From: Clostridium sp. UBA5530 | GTDB lineage: Bacteria; Bacillota; Clostridia; Clostridiales; Clostridiaceae | Assembly (NCBI GenBank): GCA_002423705.1 | Contig: DINW01000041.1 | Location: forward strand, 1-32,000 | Reading direction: 5' to 3' | DNA: 32,000 bases | Shown: positions 1-7,951 of the stretch, piece after piece | How positions within the stretch are numbered: the first letter of the stretch is position 1 | Layout: every line of letters starts with the position of its first letter | Translations under genes and position numbers: made by a program | The notes under the pieces: model-generated | What the model saw: only the letters and a program-made list of their open reading frames with translations | What the model was told of the DNA's origin: nothing | Databases searched by the model: none

Positions 1-1
1 T

Positions 2-172
2 AAAGACGCAGAAGAACAAATATTCAAGACTTTATCACAAAAACAGATAGATGAAATAAAAGATGAGTATTACTCATATATTGATTTATTAAGGATGGAG
101 TTTAATAAATATAATAAGAAATTAGAGCACCATAGGGTAGATCAATTGAATCACATAATAAAAATACAGTAG
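2..172 (+). CDS. 3' end of an unidentified CDS that begins upstream of the window
   Basis: Frame 2 is open from the window edge to TAG 170-172 (KDAEEQIFKTLSQKQIDEIKDEYYSYIDLLRMEFNKYNKKLEHHRVDQLNHIIKIQ*). Too short for the ORF track. No domain recognised. Confidence 0.3.
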   Translation, partial: KDAEEQIFKTLSQKQIDEIKDEYYSYIDLLRMEFNKYNKKLEHHRVDQLNHIIKIQ

Positions 173-302
173 AATATATTTGAAATGAAGGGAGAAAATT
201 CATGATAGGATTAAATAGACTATGACGTTGTTGATATGTAGATAGAATCCGGGGACCTCCATAATAATTAGGTTAAGTAATTTTATGGGAAAGGAGATTA
301 TT

Positions 303-705
303 ATGGATTTTATTTATGTATTTAAGAAGCATTGGATTCTTGCCAAAGGGTCTAATGTCTATGATATCAGAGGATGGCATTAATATGTCAGGTGGAGAAA
401 AGCAGAGACTGGCACTTGCAAGGGGAATTTTCTCAATTAAAGACAGTAGTATTATCCTTTTGGATGAGCCAACTGCAAGTTTGGATGCGGAAACAGAATT
501 CAAGATATATGAGAGGATGTTTGCAAAATATCCAGACAAATGTATTGTAAGTGTGCTCCATAGATTACACTTATTACATCTATTTGATTACATTTATGTT
601 TTTAAGGATGGTCACATTATTGAACAAGGAACACTAGAGCAATTAGTAGATATGAATAGTTATTTTGGGGATTTGTGGAGTAGATATATGCAGACTACAG
701 AATAA
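303..705 (+). pseudogene. ABC exporter remnant: only the C-terminal ~125 aa of the nucleotide-binding domain remains
   Basis: ORF 316-705 has the ABC signature MSGGEKQRLALARG, Walker B IILLDEPTASLD and H-loop VLHRL. It has no Walker A, no Q-loop and no membrane domain. A good RBS+ATG (ggaaaggagattattATG, ATG at 303) opens another frame (MDFIYVFKKHWILAK...) that stops after 26 codons. Confidence 0.7.
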
Positions 706-725
706 TTGAAATTTAATATAATCTA

Positions 726-772
726 AAAGGGTATTTTTATATTAAGTATATGATATAAAAATACCCTTCTCA
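726..772 (+). terminator. Stem-loop terminator after the ABC remnant
   Basis: aaagggtattttta (726-739) pairs with ataaaaataccctt (755-768). The T-tract after it is weak. Confidence 0.45.
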
Positions 773-847
773 ATTATTAGTTCCTAAATAGACAACTTTG
801 TTACAGAGTTATTTGTGAACTGGATAAACCATGAGAAATAAAGCTAT

Positions 848-873
848 AATTTAGTTGTAACAAATCCTATATT
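848..873 (+). repeat. Module-A-like repeat copy (degenerate)
   Basis: aatttagttgtaacaaatcctatatt shares the AATTTAGTT...AAAT..ATATT frame with the copies at 3059 and 7844. It lies just upstream of the RBS of the next gene. Confidence 0.3.
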
Positions 874-896
874 AAAAGGAATTGGGAGGTTGAGGT

Positions 897-1397
897 ATGG
901 GAGATAGAGTTATATTACTTAATGGAGCATCTAGTAGTGGTAAATCTACATTAGCTTATAATCTACAAAAAATTATAAAGTATAAGAAAAACTATGAATA
1001 TGGAGTAATCTCCATTGATGATTTTCTCAAAATGAAAACAGATGAGAAGATATATGAAGATGATGTATACGAAATATCTTCAAAACTATGTAGAAAATCA
1101 ATAGAAATTCTTGGTTTAAAGGAAGGAATTATTATTGATCATGTAATTACTAGTGAGAGGATTTTTAATCAATTAATAGATACATTTAAAGAATATGATA
1201 TGTATTTAATACAAGTAACTTGCCCTTTAGAAAAATTAATAGAAAGAGAAAGGCAACGTAAAGATAGATGTATAGGGTCAGCAGAAGAATCATATAGATA
1301 TTTATTCCCAAAGGAAGTATATTATATCACTGTAGATACATCTCAGTCATCAACGGAGGAGTGTGCTTTAAAGATTATAGATGCAATTGTTAGTTGA
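897..1397 (+). CDS. P-loop kinase of the chloramphenicol phosphotransferase-like (CPT) family
   Basis: RBS gggaggttgaggtATG. N-terminal ILLNGASSSGKSTLA P-loop, later RERQRKDRCIGSAEE and VDTSQSSTEECA. This layout resembles Streptomyces CPT (ILNGGSSAGKS ... RGDR ... VDT..S..ECA). Confidence 0.65.
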   Translation: MGDRVILLNGASSSGKSTLAYNLQKIIKYKKNYEYGVISIDDFLKMKTDEKIYEDDVYEISSKLCRKSIEILGLKEGIIIDHVITSERIFNQLIDTFKEYDMYLIQVTCPLEKLIERERQRKDRCIGSAEESYRYLFPKEVYYITVDTSQSSTEECALKIIDAIVS

Positions 1398-1466
1398 ACT
1401 TATCTAGGGTCGTAGCTGGTATTATCTCCAGCCTAAAGAGGGAGGGGGTTACAGCGGATAGACAAT
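1389..1466 (+). repeat. Module B repeat, copy 1
   Basis: gttagttgaacttatctaggg box. The CDS stop TGA at 1395-1397 lies inside it. Hairpin 1415-1429 gctggtattatctcc / 1441-1455 ggagggggttacagc has 12 of 15 positions paired including G-U. Loop is agcctaaagag, tail is ggatagacaat. Confidence 0.8.
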
Positions 1467-1602
1467 TAACTAACAGTTAATTTTTATGAATAAAAGATGA
1501 AAATCCTTCAATTGTTTAAGTTATATAGCTTTGATATGATTTAATTAACAAAATCTTAAATTAATCAATAGTATAAATCAGATAAATGAAGGAGTTAATT
1601 TT

Positions 1603-2640
1603 ATGAAAATAAATGAGATTATTAGGAATTATAGAAAAAGAGAAAATCTCACACAGGAGCAGGTTGCTAACTATTTAAATATAACTGCACCAGCAGTAAA
1701 CAAGTGGGAAAGTGGAGCAGCCTATCCGGACATAACATTGCTAGCACCACTTGCACGTATTCTAAAAATTGATGTTAATACTTTATTGGCTTTTAATGAG
1801 GAGTTAACAGATGCAGAAGTGAAGAACCTTACAAAGGACATAGGGGAAATAGCATCAAGAGATGGATTTGAAAAGGCTTTTGAAAAAGCCAATGAATTAA
1901 TAAAACAATACCCAAGTTGTGATGAGTTAGTTTATTGGATATCAACAGTATTAAGAATACATTTGTTGAATCCTAAGATTGAGGAAAAGGCCAAATATGA
2001 AAGAAAAATCATTGCCTGGCTTGAACTTGTAGCCACAGGTAGTAAAGAGAAGAGCGCTTCTATGGCAAGGTTAGATTTATCTGCAATGTATAGGGAGAAA
2101 AAAGAATATAAAGAAGCTCAAGAAACATTAGATAGAATTCCAGAAGTACAGGTGGATAAAAAAATTCAGCAAGGATTACTATTTGAAAATATTGGACAGG
2201 TTGATAAGGCATATAACATCTATGAAGAAAAATTGAGAAATAATGCCCATGAAACATTTGTTACTTTGTCTTTTATAATAAATTTGCTATATAAAGAAAA
2301 GAAATTTAGTGATGCAGAAGAGTATTTAGAGTGTGCTAAAAAAGTTGTTGAAGTATTTGATTTTGGGGCGTATTATAAATACCAATTAGGTTTATCTTTA
2401 GCAAGGGAAAAACAGGATAAAGAAAAGGCTATAGAAATGATTATAAATATGGTAAATGAAGCAAGCACCATGAATGATTCTATGGAGTCAAAACTATATA
2501 GTCATATAAAATTTAATGTATCAGAAAGTTGGGATAAAGATAGATATAAAGAATTAGTAAAAAATGCAATTAGAAAAGACAAAACCATTGACTTTGTGAA
2601 AAATGATCCTAGAATAAAATTTTTATTGGATTACATTTAA
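1603..2640 (+). CDS. XRE-family HTH transcriptional regulator with a C-terminal TPR-like helical repeat domain
   Basis: RBS aaggag. N-terminal HTH LTQEQVANYLNITAPAVNKWESG. The remaining ~270 aa is a helical, repeat-like region. Confidence 0.75.
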   Translation: MKINEIIRNYRKRENLTQEQVANYLNITAPAVNKWESGAAYPDITLLAPLARILKIDVNTLLAFNEELTDAEVKNLTKDIGEIASRDGFEKAFEKANELIKQYPSCDELVYWISTVLRIHLLNPKIEEKAKYERKIIAWLELVATGSKEKSASMARLDLSAMYREKKEYKEAQETLDRIPEVQVDKKIQQGLLFENIGQVDKAYNIYEEKLRNNAHETFVTLSFIINLLYKEKKFSDAEEYLECAKKVVEVFDFGAYYKYQLGLSLAREKQDKEKAIEMIINMVNEASTMNDSMESKLYSHIKFNVSESWDKDRYKELVKNAIRKDKTIDFVKNDPRIKFLLDYI

Positions 2641-2738
2641 TCCTTCACGATATTTCACATATAATATAAATTTTACCTAAATATAGTGTCATAATAATGT
2701 AGCAAGTATACCTTAGGAATTTAAAAAGGAGAATAAGT

Positions 2739-3053
2739 ATGAGATGTGCTATTGATATACGGAAAGTAGAAAGTGGAGATGCTAACTCATTAGCATATAT
2801 ACAAACTGAATCATGGAAAAGTGCCTTTAACAAAATTTTATCCAAAGAAGATTTACAGAAATACACTAATATTGATAAAGCTATAGAAATGTATGATATG
2901 TTACTTAATAAAAATATTGGAAATGGATTTATTTTAACAATTGAAAAAAACAAAAGGGCACGTAAATTCTATGAAAATCAAGGGTTTATTCTAACAGAAA
3001 AATCTAAGAAATTTAGCGATGCTGTTGAGGTTATGTATTATAGGAAGTTATAA
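2739..3053 (+). pseudogene. GNAT acetyltransferase with an in-frame internal deletion (104 aa)
   Basis: The N-terminal GNAT segment (IRKVESGDANSLAYIQTESWKSAF ... NGFILTIE) joins directly to the C-terminal motif (NKRARKFYENQGF). The acetyl-CoA binding Q/RxxGxG/A segment is absent. Confidence 0.6.
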
Positions 3054-3058
3054 GATAA

Positions 3059-3086
3059 AATTTAGTTTGGCTGTATACCAAATATT
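3059..3086 (+). repeat. Module A repeat copy, possibly followed by a decayed start of module B
   Basis: aatttagtttggctgtataccaaatatt. Positions 3063-3086 repeat at 3455-3478 with one mismatch. The following cgtaggagtatctgtttagg resembles agttgaacttatctagg only weakly. Confidence 0.6.
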
Positions 3087-3123
3087 CGTAGGAGTATCTG
3101 TTTAGGCGAAATCAAATATATAC

Positions 3124-3152
3124 TTGACATAAAATTAATTCTTCTATATAAT
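3124..3152 (+). promoter_or_regulatory. Sigma-A type promoter for the T-box / metG-like transcript
   Basis: TTGACA (3124-3129), 17-nt spacer, TATAAT (3147-3152). Both hexamers match consensus. Confidence 0.6.
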
Positions 3153-3164
3153 TTTAGAAAAATA

Positions 3165-3430
3165 AAGGCAATGAAGAGAGAAGTAGCTATTTTGGAAGCT
3201 TACAGAGAGTTCTAATTGGTGAGAAAGAACAGTGGAAGATTAATGAAACAAGTCTTGGAGCTTCATAGTGGATCTTGTTTTAAGAGACAAGTGATATTAT
3301 GACGGGTGTTCACGTTACAGAACTAGAGTATATTTTGTACTTGATAAGGTTAATATGGTGACATATTAATGAAATAGGGTGGCAACGCGGAGAAATCGCC
3401 CCTACAAATTATTGTAGGAGGTGTTTTTTT
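3165..3430 (+). promoter_or_regulatory. T-box riboswitch leader with a Met (AUG) specifier
   Basis: Stem I elements aatgaagagag, AGAGAG (3204-3209) and ggtgagaa. Candidate specifier AUG at 3243-3245 followed by A. T-box sequence aaatagggtggcaacgcgg at 3372-3390. Terminator cccctacaa/ttgtaggagg plus a T-run ending at 3430. Confidence 0.85.
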
Positions 3431-3454
3431 TACGTCTTTTTGTAAAGTGAAGCG

Positions 3455-3562
3455 TAGTTTGGCTGTGTACCAAATATTAGTTGAACTTATCTAGCAGTGT
3501 AGCTGATGTAGCGCTCCAGCCTGAGTAGGATGGAGTGTTACATCAGGTAGATATCAGATTAA
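3455..3562 (+). repeat. Module A + module B repeat, copy 2, inserted between the T-box terminator and the metG-like start codon
   Basis: tagtttggctgtgtaccaaatatt followed by agttgaacttatctag. A 15-bp hairpin forms from 3503-3517 ctgatgtagcgctcc and 3532-3546 ggagtgttacatcag. Loop is agcctgagtaggat, tail is gtagatatcagattaa. Confidence 0.85.
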
Positions 3563-3582
3563 AGTTAGAAGGAGTGTGTACT

Positions 3583-5574
3583 ATGGGAAAATCAGATTTA
3601 CAAAGACCTATGTTCCCTAAGAGAGCTATTATAACTGCGGGTATGCCCTATGGAAATAAAGAGTTACATTTCGGACATGTAGGAGGTGTGTTTGTTCATG
3701 CAGACACCTTTGCAAGGTTTTTAAGAGACAGGATTGGAAAGGAAAATGTTATATTTGTATCAGGAACAGATTGCTATGGTTCACCAATTTCAGCTAGCTA
3801 TATGAGGGCCGTGGAAGAAAACAATTATAAAGGCACGATAGAAGATTATGTTAGAGAAAATCATCATAAGCAAAAAGAAGTATTAGACAAATATGAAATT
3901 AGTCTAGATTTATATGGAGGGTCTGCATTAGGTAGAAGCGGAGAAATCCATAAAGAGTTATCTGAAAAAATATTTAATAAATTGTATCAAGAAGGATATT
4001 TAGTTAAACTAAGTGACCCACAATTCTATGATACTGATTTTCAAGTGTTTTTAAATGGTCGACAAGTGGTTGGAAAGTGCCCTATAGAAGGCTGTGCATC
4101 AGATAAAGGATATGCTGATGAATGTGCCTTAGGACATCAATATATGCCAAGCGAATTAGTGGAGCCTAAAAGCACTTTATCAGGTAAGACTCCAGAGTTG
4201 AGGGATGTAACCAATTGGTATTTCAAACTAGAAGATTACAATGATATTTTAAGTGACATGGTAGGAAATTTGAGAGAAACTTCTAATTGGCGCAAATATT
4301 TATTAAATACTATTGAAGAGTTCTTAAAGAAACCAATTATTTATGTAAAACGTAAGGAATTGCAAGAGGTTTCAGATATAAGAGAAAAATTACCTAAGCA
4401 CTCAATAATCGATGACAATAAAAAGCCGTCTATATCCTTTGTATTTGATAGTCTTAAGGATAGAGATTTAGCTAGAAAAGTACTTGTGGAAAAAGGAGTT
4501 CATTTTAGAACAGGCAAAACCTTAGTACCATTTAGGTTATCAGGTAATGTTCAGTGGGGTATTGATGTGCCTGACAAAGATAATCTTAAGGATTTAACCT
4601 TTTGGGTATGGCCAGAATCACTTTGGGCACCTATTTCTTTTACTAAAGCCTGCCTTGAAGCTAGAGGAAAAAATCCTTCAGAATGGGAAACATGGTGGAC
4701 TTCTAAGGATTCTAAGGTATATCAATTTATAGGGGAAGATAATATTTATTTTTATGGAATTGCTGAAATGGCAATGTTTATGGCCCTCCTTGGAATTCAT
4801 GACCAACACAAGGTAAATTGGGAGGAGATACAACTTCCTCATATAATTGCTAATAATCACTTACTATTTATGAATAAAAAAGCAAGCAGCAGTGGAGCAA
4901 TAAAACCACCTATGGCAGGGGAACTATTGGAGCATTATACAGCAGAACAATTGAGAATGCACTTTTTAAGCCTTGGATTATCAAAGAAAAGTGCTAGCTT
5001 TGTTCCACAGGCTTTTATGGAAGAAGGCCTTAAAGAAGGAGCAGATCCAGTTCTAAAGGATGGCAATTTGCTTACCAATGTGCTTAACAGACTTATTCGT
5101 TCATGTTTTTATACCACCCAGAAATATTATCAGGGAGTTATACCAGAAGGAGAAGTTAGCCATAAAATTATAGAAGAATCCAACAAGGCCATTATTACCT
5201 ATGAACAGCATATGTATAACCATGAATTTCACAGTGTAACCTATGTTCTAGATAGCTATATTCGAAGTATGAGCAAATATTGGTCAAATAATATGAAAGT
5301 TGCCGATGTCAATGAAGATAATGACCTTAGAAAGCAAGTCCTTATAGATGGATTTCATGGGGTAAGAACTGCTATCACTTTGCTTCATCCCATTGCACCA
5401 AACAGTTGTCAATTAGTAAGAGAATACTTAAATGTAGGTGAAGAACTTTGGGATTGGACTTATATATTTGACCCAATATATAAATTCATGGAGGATAGGA
5501 TGAATCACAAGATAAAGTACTTGGAGCCACGAGTAGATTTCTTCAAGAAGCACAAGAATCAGATTTCTATTTAG
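3583..5574 (+). CDS. metG: Methionyl-tRNA synthetase-like class I aminoacyl-tRNA ligase (divergent paralog type)
   Basis: RBS gaaggag then ATG 3583. The track start at 3535 is a GTG inside the repeat hairpin. HIGH-type motif HFGH, knuckle CPIEGC...ADECALGH, WGIDVP, and a KMSKS-position motif KKASSS. It is preceded by a Met T-box. Confidence 0.75.
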   Translation: MGKSDLQRPMFPKRAIITAGMPYGNKELHFGHVGGVFVHADTFARFLRDRIGKENVIFVSGTDCYGSPISASYMRAVEENNYKGTIEDYVRENHHKQKEVLDKYEISLDLYGGSALGRSGEIHKELSEKIFNKLYQEGYLVKLSDPQFYDTDFQVFLNGRQVVGKCPIEGCASDKGYADECALGHQYMPSELVEPKSTLSGKTPELRDVTNWYFKLEDYNDILSDMVGNLRETSNWRKYLLNTIEEFLKKPIIYVKRKELQEVSDIREKLPKHSIIDDNKKPSISFVFDSLKDRDLARKVLVEKGVHFRTGKTLVPFRLSGNVQWGIDVPDKDNLKDLTFWVWPESLWAPISFTKACLEARGKNPSEWETWWTSKDSKVYQFIGEDNIYFYGIAEMAMFMALLGIHDQHKVNWEEIQLPHIIANNHLLFMNKKASSSGAIKPPMAGELLEHYTAEQLRMHFLSLGLSKKSASFVPQAFMEEGLKEGADPVLKDGNLLTNVLNRLIRSCFYTTQKYYQGVIPEGEVSHKIIEESNKAIITYEQHMYNHEFHSVTYVLDSYIRSMSKYWSNNMKVADVNEDNDLRKQVLIDGFHGVRTAITLLHPIAPNSCQLVREYLNVGEELWDWTYIFDPIYKFMEDRMNHKIKYLEPRVDFFKKHKNQISI

Positions 5575-5604
5575 AATACTTTTGTTAAAAAATCATAATA
5601 AAGA

Positions 5605-5647
5605 ACAGAGCTGTGGAACTAAATGATTAGTACACAGCTCTATTTTA
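5605..5647 (+). terminator. Rho-independent terminator of the metG-like gene
   Basis: agagctgtg (5607-5615) pairs with cacagctct (5633-5641), followed by atttt. Confidence 0.7.
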
Positions 5648-5768
5648 AGAAACCATAAATTCGGGTCACTATTTTTACAAAATATGTTATAATAAAAATT
5701 AGAAAAACACAATGTTAAGCTCACATTAGAATTGTTATTAAATAAGGATTTGAAAGGATGATAGGTAA

Positions 5769-6020
5769 ATGTTGGAATACAGATATGATACTCAACTATT
5801 GATTGAAGGAAAGAATCTTGATGAAGACGCTATAAGTGAATATTTTATAAATAATTTTAAAGGGGACTGTTTACTGGCTGTAGGTAGTGAGGAGCTTATT
5901 AAGATTCACTATCACACTAATGAACCATGGAAAATACTAGAATACTGTTCTTCTTTAGGTCAGATATTTGATATTGTAATTGAAGATATGGAGCGCCAAT
6001 CACAAGGTCTTAAAGGTTAA
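5769..6020 (+). pseudogene. Isolated fragment resembling the middle region of a DAK2-domain fusion protein (YloV-like)
   Basis: GDCLLAVGSEELIKIHYHTNEPWKILEYCSSLGQIFDIVIEDMERQ matches the YloV pattern as I recall it (GDSL.VVG...L.KVHVHT..PG.VLE....G.L..I.I.NM..Q). It is only 83 aa, whereas full-length proteins are roughly 550 aa. The RBS is weak. Confidence 0.5.
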
Positions 6021-6022
6021 TT

Positions 6023-6295
6023 ATGTCATTAAATCAGTATAGAAATCAAGTTAGAGAATTTTTGATTAAAATGGGATCACTGAATGGTGATAACCATGAG
6101 AAATTGGCTTGGCTAAGTGAAGAATTTGAATTATTAAAAAAGGCTATAAACACTTCAGAAAGGGATAAGATTCAGCATGAAATATATGATATGTTATATT
6201 TGTTGCTTGAAATAGCTGCTGACAATGATTTTGATTTAGATAAACAGTGGGAAGCAGGAACTAAAAGAAAAAAAGAAAAATATTTAAAAGATTAA
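6023..6295 (+). CDS. Small MazG-like all-alpha NTP pyrophosphohydrolase family protein
   Basis: 90 aa with acidic helices LSEEFELLKKAI and EIYDMLYLLLEIAADNDFDL, typical of MazG-type metal-binding EExxE/D helices. The start abuts the previous stop. Confidence 0.5.
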   Translation: MSLNQYRNQVREFLIKMGSLNGDNHEKLAWLSEEFELLKKAINTSERDKIQHEIYDMLYLLLEIAADNDFDLDKQWEAGTKRKKEKYLKD

Positions 6296-6317
6296 AGCGA
6301 TATCATAGGAGGTACAA

Positions 6318-7208
6318 ATGGTTAAATTAAAGATAGCTACTAAGGATGACTTAGGGACAGTGGCACAGTATATGTCAAAAATAAATGCCGTTTTACATAT
6401 GAGATCAGCTTACATCGAAACAGATGAAAGAGAAATTCTAGAATATCTTCAGGAAATCTATATGGAAAACCCTAAAGCAATATTGTTTCTTGAGGATGGC
6501 ACTGAAATTATAGGGGCAGTAGCTGGGGATCTATGCTGTGATAACCAGACAATTGAGGTTATAGGGCCCTTTATAAGTCCACATATTTGCCAGGACAAGA
6601 AATATGGACAAGATATGATAGAAGCTATGAAAGCATTAGCTCCAGGATATAAACTACAATTCTTTATTGATATAAAAAATATGTTTATAGATCAGCTAAT
6701 TCTAAGAAATAATGGTAAGAAAACCAGACAGCATTGTAATATGGTATTGGAACTTGAGGATTGGTACAAAGAGGACAATACAAATAAAACACCAAATAAT
6801 TGTATTAAATATACCAATGGGGCAGATGAACAAAAAATAATAAAACACCAGATTGAAGAATTACATGATAAATTATTCCCAAGATCATATTATAATGGTT
6901 CAACTATGATGGACATGCTAGACAATAATCATATTATAAGTTACTGTGTAGAGGAAGGTAGAGTAGTTAGTTATGCTTTTTACAATACTGAGGATGAAGG
7001 ATATTTAGAATTTTTAGGCACTAACCCTATGGATAGATGTAAAGGATATGCAAGTTCATTGCTTCAACAGGTATTTTCTATTGTAAAAAGCCAGAAATGC
7101 AAAAGGATAAAACTATGTGTAAATGTGGAAAATCATAATGCTATTAGGGTGTATAAAAGGTTAGGCTTTAAAGTTACGGAGAAGAACCAAGCATATATTC
7201 TTGAATAA
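6318..7208 (+). CDS. GNAT family N-acetyltransferase (296 aa, likely two GNAT-like folds)
   Basis: RBS aggagg. C-terminal YLEFLGTNPMDRCKGYASSLLQQVF ... NHNAIRVYKRLGFKV contains the acetyl-CoA loop and motif B. Confidence 0.7.
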   Translation: MVKLKIATKDDLGTVAQYMSKINAVLHMRSAYIETDEREILEYLQEIYMENPKAILFLEDGTEIIGAVAGDLCCDNQTIEVIGPFISPHICQDKKYGQDMIEAMKALAPGYKLQFFIDIKNMFIDQLILRNNGKKTRQHCNMVLELEDWYKEDNTNKTPNNCIKYTNGADEQKIIKHQIEELHDKLFPRSYYNGSTMMDMLDNNHIISYCVEEGRVVSYAFYNTEDEGYLEFLGTNPMDRCKGYASSLLQQVFSIVKSQKCKRIKLCVNVENHNAIRVYKRLGFKVTEKNQAYILE

Positions 7209-7235
7209 TTCAGGAAATAAGCACAAGGGAAGGAA

Positions 7236-7838
7236 ATGATCTTAATGGATATTGAAAGGATATTAGATGCCTTTAGAAAAAATAATTATCAGGTATCCTA
7301 TTTTGAAAACAAGGAAGAAGCTGCACAATACATTGATAAGGAAATTAATAATAGCACAGTTGCCTTTGGAGATTCTGAAACCCTTATAAACATAGGGTTG
7401 TACCAACTTTTGGCAAAACATAATGAAGTTCATGATCCAAAGCATGGGGAATTCTTCAAAGAGGCTAAAGATGGTATGAAAACTAAGTACTTTATAACCT
7501 CTGTTAATGGTGCAACTGAGGATGGAATAATAGTGAATTTAGATGGTACTGGAAACCGTGTGGCTGGGACTCTTTTTGGTCACCAGAAGGTATACCTTGT
7601 ATTTGGAGTGAACAAAATTGAGACTAACTTGGATAAGGCCCTTTGGCGCGTTCGTAATGTTGCAGCACCTAAAAATGCTAAACGTCATGGCTTTAAGACA
7701 CCATGTGCTGTAAAAGGAGATAAATGTTATGATTGTAGTAGTCCAGATAGGATATGCAATGGTCTTATGATTCATTATAAAAAGATGCGTCATGAAGATA
7801 TGGAGGTTGTAATTATAAATGAAAACTTGGGGTTATAA
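7236..7838 (+). CDS. LUD-domain (LutC/YkgG-like) protein
   Basis: FITSVNGATEDGIIVNLDGTGNRVAGTLFGHQKVYLVFGVNKI plus a C-terminal Cys-rich segment CAVKGDKCYDCSSPDRIC, as in DUF162/LUD family proteins. Confidence 0.65.
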   Translation: MILMDIERILDAFRKNNYQVSYFENKEEAAQYIDKEINNSTVAFGDSETLINIGLYQLLAKHNEVHDPKHGEFFKEAKDGMKTKYFITSVNGATEDGIIVNLDGTGNRVAGTLFGHQKVYLVFGVNKIETNLDKALWRVRNVAAPKNAKRHGFKTPCAVKGDKCYDCSSPDRICNGLMIHYKKMRHEDMEVVIINENLGL

Positions 7839-7843
7839 AGTGA

Positions 7844-7882
7844 AATTTAGTTTCAGGTGGAATTTGGACTCCACCTAAATAT
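7844..7882 (+). repeat. Module A repeat copy (stand-alone)
   Basis: aatttagtttcaggtggaatttggactccacctaaatat. It closely resembles 20724-20757 (core ggaatttgRactccaMctaaatat). Internal hairpin aggtgga/tccacct. Confidence 0.6.
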
Positions 7883-7892
7883 CAGATAAATA

Positions 7893-7936
7893 GAGGGATG
7901 TATCAAAATTATAAATTATTTTGATACATCCCTTTA
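7893..7936. terminator. Bidirectional terminator between convergent genes
   Basis: agggatgtatcaaaa (7894-7908) pairs with ttttgatacatccct (7919-7933). A/T runs flank both sides. Confidence 0.75.
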
Positions 7937-7951
7937 ATTTAGAATTTAAAA

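Noticed and set aside
1486-1544. Tiny ORFs upstream of the XRE/TPR regulator as candidate signalling peptides for an RNPP-type system
   Set aside because: They are 4 and 15 codons, have no RBS, and lack a secretion-signal-like sequence. No small ORF lies downstream of the regulator either.
2645-2953. 102-aa minus-strand hydrophobic ORF opposite the truncated GNAT
   Set aside because: It is antisense to a GNAT-homologous frame. There is no RBS, and the hydrophobicity is an artefact of T-rich antisense codons.
3535-3582. Upstream GTG start of the metG-like ORF given by the ORF track
   Set aside because: The GTG lies inside the 3' arm of the repeat hairpin and has no RBS. ATG 3583 has gaaggag at proper spacing, and homology to MetRS begins there.
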